DNA of 64,000 bases. Source: a virus. The DNA lies in IMG/VR virus record IMGVR_UViG_3300045988_115158, positions 10,702 through 74,701 of that record; one strand, 5' to 3'. Both the position numbers and the translations under genes were made by a program. Position 1 is the first letter of the stretch. Every line of letters begins with the position of its first letter. The notes under the pieces were generated by a model. The model did not search any database and was not told where the DNA came from. It worked only from the letters and a program-made list of their open reading frames with translations. Below are positions 29,109-40,163 of this stretch, in pieces.

Positions 29109-31142
29109 TTAAATATTTACTTTATAAATTTTACCTGAATCTACTCTAACCATAAGTGAATTACGAGAAGTAGCTATAAATCCTAAACCACTCATCTGAT
29201 TATCATCATAAGGAGTCAAAGCTTTAGATGCTAATACTTCGAATACTCTCTTATGATTTTTAGTGAGTTCGTCTTTAAGATACTCATTAAAATATCCACG
29301 AACAGCATCTGGATTCTTACAATCCTTCAGCATAAAGAAATAGTGCTTAGCACCTACCTTATTATTTCCCCAGTAATTTGGAGATAAGCATATAGCAGAT
29401 ACTTCAATGAAGTTCTGAGTCTTTACTCCCCAAATTTCTTTAGATGCTGTAGTACTACTTAAATGTTCTTTAGTAAAGATAACTTCACATCCATTAGAAG
29501 TAAAGTCTAATACTGGAACATCGCTCTTATGAGGGACGTCTTTATCATACACATAAGTATGAACAACTCCATTAAGTTCTACTTCTACTTCAAATCCTAA
29601 ATCAATATTTTCAACTTTAGCAAAGTTGTTAACAAATACTTTATAAGTACCTGCTTTAGGAATTCCTGAGAAAATGATATTTTCTACAGCATTGCGAGAG
29701 AATTTCTTAGGATTATTACGTTCTTCAAAAGCACTACCTCCACAGGCATTCATATCTACATCAAGAAGGTCTGCTTTATTACCATAATGAATGTGTCCAT
29801 AAGGACTATTCATATGTAAATCCAAATCATCGTAGTTGTACCAATGAAGAGAGATTCTCATATAGCCATCTACCTTACCTCCTACTTCTTTAACACGTTG
29901 TTTAATAGCGTCAGAGATATTACCATTATATGCCCAAGCAAACCCATTATTCCATTTAAATATAGAAGGAGCTTCTTTATTAACTGGGGCAGTAAGAGTT
30001 ACTAAATTATTATTTAACTTATTGTCAAAGAATAATTCAAGCTTACTAGCCTTAGAAACAATATTATTAAGGAACTCTTCCATAGTTGTTGGGATAGCAG
30101 TCTTCTCAAAGTCTGTAGCAGTTTTGCTAGTATTAGAAGTTTCATTCATAAGAGAATCAAATCCTCCTAACATTCTCTTACGAGTTTCTCTATTTACAAA
30201 GATAACATCTTCAATAGATATATCTTCTACTTTAGCATGACGACGCTCTAAAGAATCTTCATAGCCAAGTTCTACTACAGTTTTATAAGCATTTTCTACC
30301 TGAGTTTTAGTGATAATACCTTTAGGTCTCTTATAATTATAAGGAGCAACCATAGCTTCAAACTTCTTAACTGAACTTTCAACATTGTTAGTATCAGTTA
30401 TGTCTTTAAGAAGCTGACCTATAGCACTATTAAGTATATGTGTTACAGCATCAGGAAGTACACAAGAAGATATCCAAGCATAATTATCTAACTTAAAACC
30501 TTCCAAGTGCTTATTCTCTATTGTATCAAGAGCAGTCTTTAAAGCACTCACTTGACGTAGATAAGTGTCACCTCTATAGAGGTTATCATCTGCAATTAAG
30601 TCTAATACTGTTTGTACAGAATTATAGTTGATTTCAGATAAAGTTCTTATCCATACATCATGTGAAGATTTAGCACCTGCACGGAATGTTGGAGTCTGAG
30701 ACTTATCCATAATTAAATTACTTGTAGGAGTAGCATAAAAATGATTCCAAGTAATTATTTCTTTAGAAGGTAATATCTGCTGATTACATTTACAACCCAT
30801 TGTAGTCTCTTCTGTAACAAATGCATTTCTAATTTTAGTATTTTTAAGCACTTGTAACATATTGTCTACAACTTTAGCAAACATTCCTTCAGCGTGAACA
30901 TCCTCCCAGTAAGAATGTATTTTATAGTTCTCATCTACAGAGACTAATGCTCCATAGCGAGTAATGAAATGTTTACAATTTACACAGTTAAATTCTTGAC
31001 GTACGGCTCCTTCAGGGAAAGATTCCATATAAGCCATCCATAAAAATTCTTTTTGAGTGTCAAGAATAAAGAGATGCTTATTCTCTTTAATCATCTTATT
31101 ACATGCTTCTGTAACAAGATTTCTAAAATCTAAGTATTCCAT
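29109..31142 (-). CDS. large hypothetical protein (677 aa)
   Basis: Long intact ORF with typical codon usage. No motif recognised with confidence. Confidence 0.5.
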   Translation of the reverse strand: MEYLDFRNLVTEACNKMIKENKHLFILDTQKEFLWMAYMESFPEGAVRQEFNCVNCKHFITRYGALVSVDENYKIHSYWEDVHAEGMFAKVVDNMLQVLKNTKIRNAFVTEETTMGCKCNQQILPSKEIITWNHFYATPTSNLIMDKSQTPTFRAGAKSSHDVWIRTLSEINYNSVQTVLDLIADDNLYRGDTYLRQVSALKTALDTIENKHLEGFKLDNYAWISSCVLPDAVTHILNSAIGQLLKDITDTNNVESSVKKFEAMVAPYNYKRPKGIITKTQVENAYKTVVELGYEDSLERRHAKVEDISIEDVIFVNRETRKRMLGGFDSLMNETSNTSKTATDFEKTAIPTTMEEFLNNIVSKASKLELFFDNKLNNNLVTLTAPVNKEAPSIFKWNNGFAWAYNGNISDAIKQRVKEVGGKVDGYMRISLHWYNYDDLDLHMNSPYGHIHYGNKADLLDVDMNACGGSAFEERNNPKKFSRNAVENIIFSGIPKAGTYKVFVNNFAKVENIDLGFEVEVELNGVVHTYVYDKDVPHKSDVPVLDFTSNGCEVIFTKEHLSSTTASKEIWGVKTQNFIEVSAICLSPNYWGNNKVGAKHYFFMLKDCKNPDAVRGYFNEYLKDELTKNHKRVFEVLASKALTPYDDNQMSGLGFIATSRNSLMVRVDSGKIYKVNI

Positions 31143-31204
31143 AAAATTTTTAAAAGTTAGAAAAAGAGGGAGAGATTATTCCCTCCCTCTGTGATACTTA
31201 ATGT

Positions 31205-32758
31205 TTATACATTTACATTGGTGTTTTCTACGTCGCCATTAACGTTAACATTCTTGTTAACCTTAGCATCAATGGTGTTAGCCTTCATAATGTCTGCCAT
31301 ATCTACACCTGTGGCATCTTTTACAATGTCACGAGTCTGCTTAATAATAGCAGGCACATTACCAGAAATACCAGAAGCCTCAGAACCATTAGTTCCATAA
31401 ACTGTCATATTGCCAATCTTACTCATAGGCTCAGCAATATACTTAGCCATATCAGGAAGAACTTTCTCATTAAGTTTAGAAAGCATGTCAATTACAGCAA
31501 TAGAGCCATACTTACTGTATGCTTCAGCCTTCTTCTGCATAGCCTCAGCTTCTGCAAGACCCTTAGCCTTCACACCTTCAGCTTCTGCCAAAAGTTTAGC
31601 TTTAGTACCTTCAGCTTCCGCAGTTAAGGTCTGCTGAGTAGCATATGCTTCAGCTTCGCCCTTAGCACGAATACCTGCTGCCTCCTGCTCCTGAGAATAA
31701 CGATTAGCTTCAGCCTTAGCTTTTACAGCCTTAGCAGTTTGCTCTGCCTTATAAGCTTCAGCCTCAGCCTCACGCTTCTGCTTCTCCAAAGCAGCCTGAG
31801 CATCAATTTCTGTCTGATACTTGTCAGCATCAGCTTTAGCATTTACATCTGCAAGATACTCATTCTGCTTAATCTTAATCTTCTCCTCAGATAAGGTCTG
31901 TTCTTTACGAGTCTTCTCAATATCAGCATCTACAGTCTTGATATTAATAGTCTTCTGCTGCTCCTGCTGCTGAATTTCATATGCAGCATCAGATTCAGCC
32001 TTCTTAATATCAGACAATCTCTTTAGTTCAGCTCTCTTAATAGCTAATTCATTATTACGTTCAGCAATAATGGTATCAGCCTTTACTCGTGCTTCATTAG
32101 CTTCATTGTCAGCCTCAGCCTGAGCCTTAGCTACGTCTCTATCAGCATTAGCACGGGTAATTTTAGCATTCTTCTGAATAGCTGCTGTATTATCAGCTCC
32201 CAAATCACGGATCAAGCCTTTCTCATCAGTAATATTCTGAATATTGCAAGACAAAATCTCAAGACCTAACTTAGCCATATCAGGAGCTGCCTTCTTCTGA
32301 ATTTCATCAGAGAATGCATCTCTATCAGTGTTAATCTTAATTAAGTCAAGAGAACCTACTACTTCACGCATATTACCCTCCAAAGAATCTTTCACCTGAG
32401 CAGCAATCTGCACAGAATTCATATTCAAGAAGTTCTTAGCTGCAAGTCTAGTGCCTTCTGTATCAGGTTTTACCCTAACTTTACATACGGCATCTACCAT
32501 TACATCTAAGAAATCATGAGTAGGAACTGGTTGTGAAGTCTTAACATCAACTGTTACTTGACCAAGATATACTTTATCTAATCGTTCAAGTACAGGAATT
32601 TTTACTCCACCACCACCGATAAGTACTCGTGGCTCCTTACGAAAACCTGAAAGAATGTACGCCATCGAAGGAGGAGCTTTAACATACATTGTAGCAATAA
32701 TAACAAGCAGTACAATAATAACGATTGCGATAACACCAATAAGAACTAAATGTTCCAT
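31205..32758 (-). CDS. flotillin-like SPFH/band-7 domain protein with long coiled coil
   Basis: N-terminal TM helix. SPFH-like region. Long AEAE/KAKA-rich coiled coil. 517 aa. Confidence 0.55.
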   Translation of the reverse strand: MEHLVLIGVIAIVIIVLLVIIATMYVKAPPSMAYILSGFRKEPRVLIGGGGVKIPVLERLDKVYLGQVTVDVKTSQPVPTHDFLDVMVDAVCKVRVKPDTEGTRLAAKNFLNMNSVQIAAQVKDSLEGNMREVVGSLDLIKINTDRDAFSDEIQKKAAPDMAKLGLEILSCNIQNITDEKGLIRDLGADNTAAIQKNAKITRANADRDVAKAQAEADNEANEARVKADTIIAERNNELAIKRAELKRLSDIKKAESDAAYEIQQQEQQKTINIKTVDADIEKTRKEQTLSEEKIKIKQNEYLADVNAKADADKYQTEIDAQAALEKQKREAEAEAYKAEQTAKAVKAKAEANRYSQEQEAAGIRAKGEAEAYATQQTLTAEAEGTKAKLLAEAEGVKAKGLAEAEAMQKKAEAYSKYGSIAVIDMLSKLNEKVLPDMAKYIAEPMSKIGNMTVYGTNGSEASGISGNVPAIIKQTRDIVKDATGVDMADIMKANTIDAKVNKNVNVNGDVENTNVNV

Positions 32759-32836
32759 AAATTTGTAAATGTTTAAATAATAAAAATTAAATATCTAAGA
32801 ATTAACTGATATTAATTCCAAGGGGGCATTTATTTT

Positions 32837-33991
32837 TTATAATTCGTAATTTACAAGACCTGTAGCTTTACTTGTAGAATAGCAACTATTAATTATATAT
32901 ATTCTAATATTCCCATAATCAGTCATAGTTACTACATATTTTTCTTTAATACTTACCATCAATATACGATCATCCTCAAAATAATCTCCAGGTTCCAGAT
33001 ATTTTAACTCTTTATCCTCAGTAGTGGAACCATAATCCTCATTGAACTTAGTAGACCATTCATTATAGAATTTTGTTTCTTCACTAGTATATTTCTCCCA
33101 ATCTTTCTTTTTAATTTCTTTAAACTTATAAAAAGCTTTTAATATATTCTTTATATTTTCAGGAGTAAATTTCAAGTCACATTGTCTGATTTGTACTTCT
33201 CTATACAAATAAGTAAATCTAGAGAATTCAATATTAAAGGTTTCTTTAATATTAGGAAGAGCTTCTACTCCATGAATATTAATTTCAGTTGCTATAGCTT
33301 TAATTAAGTCTATAGTAATAATATTCATAGAATGAGTTAACTCTATAACCTTTTCTATAGCAGTTTTATCTTCCAAAATATCGTTAAGAATTTCTCTAGT
33401 AACTTCCTCGGAAAGATTTCTGAAAGACTTTTTATACCTTATTCTAGAAGGTCTACCAAGAAGATTTGGGTCTACATTTAACTCATTAGTAGTAAGTAAA
33501 AATACCTTACGATAAATAGAGTTATAAGTACCATCCATGAAAGAAAGAACATCAGAAGAATTTTTAAATTCTTTCTCATATTCATCAAAGAAGAAGATAC
33601 AGTCAAAATCAATGGATGTAGATAAATATTTTATTAATTTACTATTAGTATCACTGCCCATTGATTGTACTAAGACTACAGGAAGCTGTAAACGATTACA
33701 AAGTTCCTTTGCAACGACCGTCTTACCAGTTCCTTTGATTCCCTCTAGCAGAACACCTAAATTTCCTGTAGTGTTCTCATATGTCTTTAAGACATAATCA
33801 ATAAATTTTTGGTTTAGACCATACAGTTTGTAATCAAACGTAAAAGACTCAGCGATTTTACTTAAGTAAAATCCAGTCATTGAGATTTTTACTTCATAAA
33901 TACCTTTCGGTAATCCTTCAGGATGAGATACTGTTGTCGCACTACCCTGACTAAAAACGTTGCCATCTTGCAACCAAATTTGTTTACCCAT
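32837..33991 (-). CDS. AAA+ ATPase
   Basis: Walker A GVLLEGIKGTGKT. Walker B-like IFFFDEYE. Confidence 0.55.
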   Translation of the reverse strand: MGKQIWLQDGNVFSQGSATTVSHPEGLPKGIYEVKISMTGFYLSKIAESFTFDYKLYGLNQKFIDYVLKTYENTTGNLGVLLEGIKGTGKTVVAKELCNRLQLPVVLVQSMGSDTNSKLIKYLSTSIDFDCIFFFDEYEKEFKNSSDVLSFMDGTYNSIYRKVFLLTTNELNVDPNLLGRPSRIRYKKSFRNLSEEVTREILNDILEDKTAIEKVIELTHSMNIITIDLIKAIATEINIHGVEALPNIKETFNIEFSRFTYLYREVQIRQCDLKFTPENIKNILKAFYKFKEIKKKDWEKYTSEETKFYNEWSTKFNEDYGSTTEDKELKYLEPGDYFEDDRILMVSIKEKYVVTMTDYGNIRIYIINSCYSTSKATGLVNYEL

Positions 33992-34652
33992 TTTGATAAA
34001 TGTTTAATAATTACTTTAATAAATTTATAAGAATGTCTATGTTGTATAACATATCATCAATTATTTTAATAGAGTTATTAATATGTTCTTTCATAATTAA
34101 CAGTTAAAATTAAACAAAAATCCCTGAACTATAATAATAGCCCAGGGATTAAAAACAAATAATAATAAAAACAGTTCTATGAACTAGTGGAGCTAGACGG
34201 TACTGCCCCGTCGTCTTGCCTATTTGCATCAAAACGTTCTTACAGCATAGGTTTTAAAGACTATCCTTGTCTGTTAGGGTTGACAAGATTAACATTGCCA
34301 ACTTCCACCACTCTGTTCCTAAAGTATACAGAGAACTAATAAAGAAATGGAAAATAGTGCACCTTTCTGTTCCTAAGCAAGTGCTGCTCGGTTTCTTAGG
34401 CTGCAATAGCGTAAGAAACAGGAGTCATATTGATAACTCTAGCGATTATTGTTTTGTTGTCTCTCCAACTGTCTTGCTGTGTTTCTTATCTCCTAGACAA
34501 TCAAATACTAGTTTAGCCCCCATACTTAAAAGAGTTCTAATTTAGAACTCTTTAATATCTTCTGATTCTTCGGCTATATGGAAAACCCATATCATACCAA
34601 TCATCTGGATCTATTCTATCTTCATTACCCATAATTTAAAACTTAATTAATG

Positions 34653-34982
34653 TTAAAAACTAAATTGAACATCTCTATTGACATCTAATAATCCTCCTTG
34701 CCAATTAGATTGAATATCCATACTGAACCATGTACCATATTTAGTTCTAGCAAACCAAATAAGATGATTGTCGTACTTAGGAATATAACAACCTATAAAA
34801 TAGTCAGTATTTCCATTCCATATCCAACTACAGTTAAGAGCATTATTAACTAAATGTATCTTTAGATGTATATCAGCCTTATTAAAAGGAATTACCTTCT
34901 TTACATAAGCTTTATATAATCTACTTGGTGAACATTTACCATCATCAAAGAAATTATAAATCTGTCTCTTTTTCGGAATCAT
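34653..34982 (-). CDS. hypothetical protein
   Basis: 109-aa ORF. Confidence 0.4.
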   Translation of the reverse strand: MIPKKRQIYNFFDDGKCSPSRLYKAYVKKVIPFNKADIHLKIHLVNNALNCSWIWNGNTDYFIGCYIPKYDNHLIWFARTKYGTWFSMDIQSNWQGGLLDVNRDVQFSF

Positions 34983-35676
34983 TAATCATACACTGTCTTA
35001 ATATATTTTCATTAACTGTACCATCATTTTCTCTAGTGAGATTGTCTAATAGTTCCAAATCAAATTTTTCTTTTCGAAATTTAAAACATTGTCTTAATAT
35101 AGCTTCATTAACTATGTTATCATTTGCTATTGCAAGTTTATCTAACAACTCTAGATTAAATTCTTCCTCTCGAAACTTGAACTGAATCCAGTTAGGTTCA
35201 AATTCTCTATAATCTAGATGAGACAGAGGTTCATCTGTATTTAATACATATTTAACTAGTCTAGTTAAACGTTCTCCAGCTAGTTTAGATACCACAAAAC
35301 CAGATAAATCATAACCTACACCTCTACTTCTCCAATATTCACCTACTTCAGGTTTAGAATCTGGAGCAACATAGAACATTTTATAATAATCTGAAGAACC
35401 TAAAGTTACATAAGTACCTAACTGACTACTACAACATATACCTAAACCAATATTAGAATACAAATTATTATCACGCTCTAATGTAAGAAATACTGGAACT
35501 TTATCAGGGTCTAAATTATTAATCTCACAATTACGTAGTGCAGTGTGAACATACTCAAGTAATTTAGACACTGATATAGTACTTAGTTTAGTATCTTCTT
35601 CACTTTTGTTCTCTTTAATGGCAGCATCAGAACATCTAGTGTGCCAATTTTTCCATTTATCTCCTTCTAAATACAT
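34954..35676 (-). CDS. hypothetical protein with internal ~30-aa tandem duplication
   Basis: Repeat EEEFNLELLDKLAIANDNIVNEAILRQC / KEKFDLELLDNLTRENDGTVNENILRQC. DNA repeats at 35020-35200. Confidence 0.45.
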   Translation of the reverse strand: MYLEGDKWKNWHTRCSDAAIKENKSEEDTKLSTISVSKLLEYVHTALRNCEINNLDPDKVPVFLTLERDNNLYSNIGLGICCSSQLGTYVTLGSSDYYKMFYVAPDSKPEVGEYWRSRGVGYDLSGFVVSKLAGERLTRLVKYVLNTDEPLSHLDYREFEPNWIQFKFREEEFNLELLDKLAIANDNIVNEAILRQCFKFRKEKFDLELLDNLTRENDGTVNENILRQCMINDSEKETDL

Positions 35677-35785
35677 AGCAATTAACTTATATAATACAAT
35701 AAAAAAGTCATAGAAACAATTAATATTCCTATCATAATAAAGAATAGAATTACAAATTGAATATCTGTATTCATATTATAAATAC

Positions 35786-35995
35786 TTAATCACCTCCAGG
35801 CAGGCTATCTAAATACTGTGGAATAGTTACTTCAGTATTATTTTTCTCTTTTTCAAGTTGCTGAATAGCGTTTGCCTGTCTATCTACAATTATTTGCAAT
35901 TCCAGAATTTTTGCTTTCTGATAATAGTAGCTAGGAACTGACCAAGCTAAAACAATTATAAAACAAATTGTTGGTAATATCCAAAGTTTATTCAT
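35786..35995 (-). CDS. small membrane protein
   Basis: N-terminal TM. Confidence 0.4.
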   Translation of the reverse strand: MNKLWILPTICFIIVLAWSVPSYYYQKAKILELQIIVDRQANAIQQLEKEKNNTEVTIPQYLDSLPGGD

Positions 35996-36017
35996 ATTTT
36001 TTATTTTTTTTTTATTT

Positions 36018-36257
36018 TTAACACCAAATTACATAAACTCCACATTTATCCTTATAACGAAGACTAACCTCAAATCCTAACTCTTTAAGATAATTATAAT
36101 ATTTGTCAACATTAGTTGGCGGAAGTATAGAACCAATCCAAGCTGCATAATTACCTTTACTAGCTTCTTTAATTATAGCAAAGTTTATTTGATCTAATAT
36201 ATGCGGGTCTAATACAGCAGACCTAGATATAGTCTTTGCTTCTGTTACTTTAATCAT
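36018..36257 (-). CDS. hypothetical protein
   Basis: 79-aa ORF. Confidence 0.4.
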   Translation of the reverse strand: MIKVTEAKTISRSAVLDPHILDQINFAIIKEASKGNYAAWIGSILPPTNVDKYYNYLKELGFEVSLRYKDKCGVYVIWC

Positions 36258-36658
36258 AACTTTTTAATTTTTAAACTAGCATCTTTAAACCATATATTAA
36301 GTCTATCTATAGCACTTTCCCATTCAGATTGAGAGCAGATTTTATAATATTTTAAAAAGTTAGTATTATCTGCATTAAATTGGTATATACCTATACATTT
36401 ACCACCAGGAGTGATTTTAGTTACAGTATATCCAGTACCATCATTGATAACTACTTTTAGATAAGATGTGTTATCTTTATAATAAGGATGTTCTCTAAGA
36501 GTGTGATTACTAACTTGCAGTTTTTTAGCTCTTATATTATTTATTATTTCTCCTATAATATTCTCTATATTATCTCTTTGACTTAGAAACTTTATTTTAA
36601 GTTTTTCCAAGTCCTCAATAGACATTTCCGAATAGTTATTTATATTTTCTGTTTCCAT
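36254..36658 (-). CDS. hypothetical protein
   Basis: 134-aa ORF. Confidence 0.4.
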   Translation of the reverse strand: METENINNYSEMSIEDLEKLKIKFLSQRDNIENIIGEIINNIRAKKLQVSNHTLREHPYYKDNTSYLKVVINDGTGYTVTKITPGGKCIGIYQFNADNTNFLKYYKICSQSEWESAIDRLNIWFKDASLKIKKL

Positions 36659-36799
36659 AACTATAATTTCTTTAATATTTTTACATTCTTAATTAATGGT
36701 TCGCCATCAGTACCAGTTTCATCTAACAAATCACCGGTTACTAGATATTTATTGCCAGTAAAGTATGCTACATTTTTTATAAAATCATTAAATGCCATC

Positions 36800-37024
36800 T
36801 CATTTTAAAGTACAATTAAATACAAAATAGTCAGAATTAAGACACTTACCTCCAGTGTATAATAAAGAATATCCTTTCAATTTAAAGAATCTTCTATATC
36901 CATCAGAACTAAGTTTTGTAGACATCTCCTTTAAAAGTTGCAAACGATCATTATTACGTTTCAACATTTCCTCTAATCTGAGCTTCTCAGATTCAAGAGT
37001 GTTTATTTCATTTGTAAAATCCAT
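36800..37024 (-). CDS. hypothetical protein
   Basis: 74-aa ORF. Confidence 0.35.
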   Translation of the reverse strand: MDFTNEINTLESEKLRLEEMLKRNNDRLQLLKEMSTKLSSDGYRRFFKLKGYSLLYTGGKCLNSDYFVFNCTLK

Positions 37025-37116
37025 ATGTTAATGTGTTATTTAATTAAACAAAAAAGAGCCTAACTAGATTAACTAATTAGACTCTTTAAAATAGAATAAT
37101 ATAATAAAAGAAATAG

Positions 37117-37189
37117 TGGGCTCGCCCGGGATTGAACCGAGAATAAGAGATTATGAGTCTCCCGTTTTAACCGATTGAACTACAAGCCC
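37117..37189 (-). tRNA. tRNA-Met or tRNA-Ile2 (CAU anticodon), elongator type
   Basis: Acceptor gggcttg/cgagccc. Anticodon ggaga-cuCAUaa-tctct. T ctcgg-ttcaatc-ccggg. Confidence 0.55.
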
Positions 37190-37389
37190 GAGTAGGTACT
37201 TCTAAGAATAAATAAGAACTCAGTACCTATATTGAGGAATCCGTCGTTGGATCAGTTCTACGCAATTTAGGCTTTTTAAGAAGCCTTAACTTACTAAAGT
37301 TTTCGCACAATTTTGATAAGAGCTCTACTTTCACAAGCAAAGCTCTTTTATTTTTAACAACTTATAAATTACAATAATGATAGAAAAAG

Positions 37390-37461
37390 GAAATGCGGAC
37401 AGATTTGAACTGTCGACCTTCTACTCAACGATAGACGCTCTAACCACTGAGCTACACATTT
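37390..37461 (-). tRNA. tRNA-like gene with non-canonical anticodon loop (6 or 8 nt, cgttga / tcgttgag)
   Basis: Perfect acceptor, D-arm (gctc-agtggtta-gagc) and T-arm (gacag-ttcaaat-ctgtc). The anticodon arm tctat-cgttga-gtaga is one nt short of canonical. Confidence 0.45.
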
Positions 37462-38283
37462 CAATTTATACTAGTATATTATATAGTTTTATTTAAAACG
37501 CATACTACTTTCGCAAGCAGTATGAGTTAATGTGTAAGTCATTTTATTGACTTATCAACTCAACTACAAGAAATTCATCAATTTTCACAAATTAATAATT
37601 AATATGTCGCTTAGACGGGATTCGAACCCGTAAGACCATTCCTGGTCAAGGGATTTTCCTACTACACTTGCTTTTATACAAGCTAACTTAAATAAAGGGA
37701 TTCGAACCCTTAATCCTCAAGAGATATTTAATGATGACTTTAGAGGCGCTTCCGTCAATCTGCTGCCGTATACCAATTCCGCCATATTTAAGTTATTGTA
37801 GTCTGGACTATTTTATTACCTTATCAATTAACTTCGAAGTAAGGAATTAGGTTTTACCTCTCTCAATGAGCGTCTCCTTTTTTACATAATGCATTACTAT
37901 TATAACCTTATTACTAAGGATGAAGTCTAAACCATTCCTTTTAATTAACTTAGGTATCTCCTCTATAGTCTCTACACATTTATGCTGTAACACTCCAATT
38001 TACATTTAAGATAGATTAGCGTTCTATCACAATTTAGCTCGTCACCACCAAAACCTATGTCACCATAAGTGAGGCTTCTGTCGCAAGTTAATTAGATTTC
38101 TGAATACTGCTTCTATAATCATTACTCTGCTTCTTACACAGATGCTAACCTTTTTACAATTAGTAATTAACTTGTTTAATTAGGGAGATTCTACTTCTAT
38201 TATTTCTAATGGAGCACTCAAATTCACCATTACTGGTGTTCCAAAAGTCCCTCGTGTATCCCAGTTCCACCACTAAGCGATAA

Positions 38284-38313
38284 AGCAACTAATTATCTGC
38301 TAGTTGCCAACAA
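38284..38313 (-). terminator. hairpin gcaactagcagataattagttgc (repeat copy 1)
   Basis: Identical 30-nt element also at 40721-40750. Lies downstream of a minus-strand gene end. Confidence 0.35.
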
Positions 38314-38347
38314 TATTTATTTTATAAATCCTATAACTATTATGGTA

Positions 38348-38707
38348 TTACAGTTGTTTTAACATATTTGTAGCTACGTGTAATGAAATATTCATAGTTG
38401 TATGAATATCATCATTTAACTTTAAGACATATGTATTGTTTTCATCATTCTTTCTAGTTATCTCAGATATGTATTTATGATTTATTAAAAATCCTTGTGT
38501 TGCAAGAATAAAATTAATACATAAAACACGTGAAATATTTTTTAATGAACAACACACAATAATACTATTGCCATGAACATCTATTATAGTACTATATTTA
38601 CCAGATGTTTTTATACATACAATGTCATTTATGTTTATCTGTCTGTACTCTCGTCCCTTAAACACTAAGAATGTATTAGAGTCAATTTGTATTGTTTTTA
38701 CTTCCAT
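38348..38707 (-). CDS. hypothetical protein
   Basis: 119-aa ORF. Confidence 0.4.
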   Translation of the reverse strand: MEVKTIQIDSNTFLVFKGREYRQININDIVCIKTSGKYSTIIDVHGNSIIVCCSLKNISRVLCINFILATQGFLINHKYISEITRKNDENNTYVLKLNDDIHTTMNISLHVATNMLKQL

Positions 38708-38712
38708 ATCTT

Positions 38713-39102
38713 TTAACCCATAATAAAACGAGCCTCTACAATATTTTCAGGATGATAAATAGTTTTAGTTAATCCTTTCATTGCCCATTTCACAACATCA
38801 GAATGTTTAACTCCACTTTTAAGTTCATGGTAAAACATTAAATCATAAGCTTCTCCACTTTTAAAAGTTACTTTGATTTTAAATGTAGGTTTTTCATCAT
38901 TTCTAATAAGTTCATCCATTTCTTCATCAGTTACCATGTAACTGAACAGAGGATTAGAAAGATGTTCTTTTTTGTATTTCTTTTCAAGTTCAGCTAAGTT
39001 TAACTTTGCACACTTGAGTACATGTTTACAACCAAATTTCTTAGCACTTTCTATTTGTGCTATTAAATTGGTTTTACTAATAAAATAATCTTGTCTTGTC
39101 AT
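38713..39102 (-). CDS. hypothetical protein
   Basis: 129-aa ORF. Confidence 0.4.
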   Translation of the reverse strand: MTRQDYFISKTNLIAQIESAKKFGCKHVLKCAKLNLAELEKKYKKEHLSNPLFSYMVTDEEMDELIRNDEKPTFKIKVTFKSGEAYDLMFYHELKSGVKHSDVVKWAMKGLTKTIYHPENIVEARFIMG

Positions 39103-39291
39103 AATTTATCTATAATTAATGTGTTAATAATCTATTTAAATAATAGGCAATTTTCACTGGTTATATTTAAACTATTCCATTGTCCTCAGTTATCTAACGT
39201 TCTTTCTCTTTTTAACCCAAATGATTAATTTTAAGGTAATTACGCTATTTAATAGAGTTACTGAGAGTTGTTTAGTACCTATTAAAATTAG

Positions 39292-39363
39292 AAGGATATA
39301 GAGGAGTCAAACCTCTTCTTTTGGGGTCAAATCCCAACGTGGCTGTCGTTACACCAATATCCC
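39292..39363 (-). tRNA. tRNA-Gln(UUG)
   Basis: Acceptor gggatat/atatcct. Anticodon ttggg-auUUGac-cccaa. T agagg-tttgact-cctct. Confidence 0.6.
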
Positions 39364-39378
39364 TTGTATCTAATGAAG

Positions 39379-39466
39379 CGGAGAAAGAAGGATTCGAACC
39401 TTCGAGCCATGTAATATGACTAACACCTTAGCAGGGTGCCACTTTCGACCACTCAGTCATTTCTCC
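39379..39466 (-). tRNA. tRNA-Ser(GCU), class II long variable arm
   Basis: 88 nt. Acceptor ggagaaa/tttctcc. Anticodon gcacc-cuGCUaa-ggtgt. T gaagg-ttcgaat-ccttc. Confidence 0.6.
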
Positions 39467-39477
39467 AATAAAGCTTC

Positions 39478-39491
39478 CTATCTTCACAGAC
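39478..39491. repeat. conserved motif CTATCTNTCACAGAC in a hairpin loop (copy 1 of 4)
   Basis: Copies at 39478-39491, 39664-39677, 43071-43085 and 43155-43169. Each lies between variable inverted-repeat arms. Confidence 0.5.
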
Positions 39492-39846
39492 AAGAAGCCT
39501 AACAACTCTTTAACGTTATAAAGTCCGCTGACTTCATATTTTAAACATTAATTGTATTAGTTTTTTAAATATGGAAGAGTAGCACTAGCGATGCTCGAAA
39601 TCGCCTTTTAACTTTGAAAAAGTTACGTCCTGACCAGCTAGACGATAGTGCCAAGTAGATTCTCTATCTTCACAGACTGAGAATCTCGTGTATTACAAAT
39701 GAATACTTTTAATAAATTAAAAATTAATGGTGCTCCCTGACAGTACTGACCTGTCTTCCCGAAATTAAAAGTTTCGTGCTCCACCTTAAAGCTTAGAGAG
39801 CTAATTTATAATCTTATTTTGCATAAGAATTTTATTCTTGTATTAG

Positions 39847-39916
39847 TGGAGATATGTGGAATCGAACCACAATCTCGGGATTTTTACCGTGCTCTAACCT
39901 TCTGAGCTATATCTCC
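39847..39916 (-). tRNA. tRNA-like gene, anticodon arm degenerate (loop taaaaat)
   Basis: Good acceptor (ggagata/tatctcc), D-arm and T-arm (tgtgg-ttcgatt-ccaca). Anticodon stem only 3-4 bp. Identity unresolved. Confidence 0.35.
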
Positions 39917-40024
39917 ATAGCCCACATTTCTATAAAGGAGAATAGTGGTAACACCTACCTATACTAATAAATTTATTAGTCAGGATTTATCCAAACACAC
40001 TAACAATATATCAAATTAAATTTA

Positions 40025-40108
40025 TACGGTAGAAAGGATTCGAACCAATGACCTTCTCGAAATGACCTATTATAAAAAGAGATGCTATAACCACTGAGCT
40101 ACTACCGT
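40025..40108 (-). tRNA. tRNA-like gene (84 nt), anticodon region unresolved
   Basis: Acceptor acggtag/ctaccgt and D-arm are clear. T region attggttcgaatccttt is shared with the 40539-40619 element. Confidence 0.3.
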
Positions 40109-40163
40109 AAGTACTAGTTTATATCGGAAAACTAGTAAAACGTTAACACATTATTATGGAAAC

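Noticed and set aside
37700-37790. tRNA-Leu(UAG) or second suppressor reading of the loop-like cTTTAGAg / cCTCTAAag near 37750
   Set aside because: No flanking anticodon stem forms on either strand. Only the downstream T-arm is canonical, so no tRNA identity is claimed.
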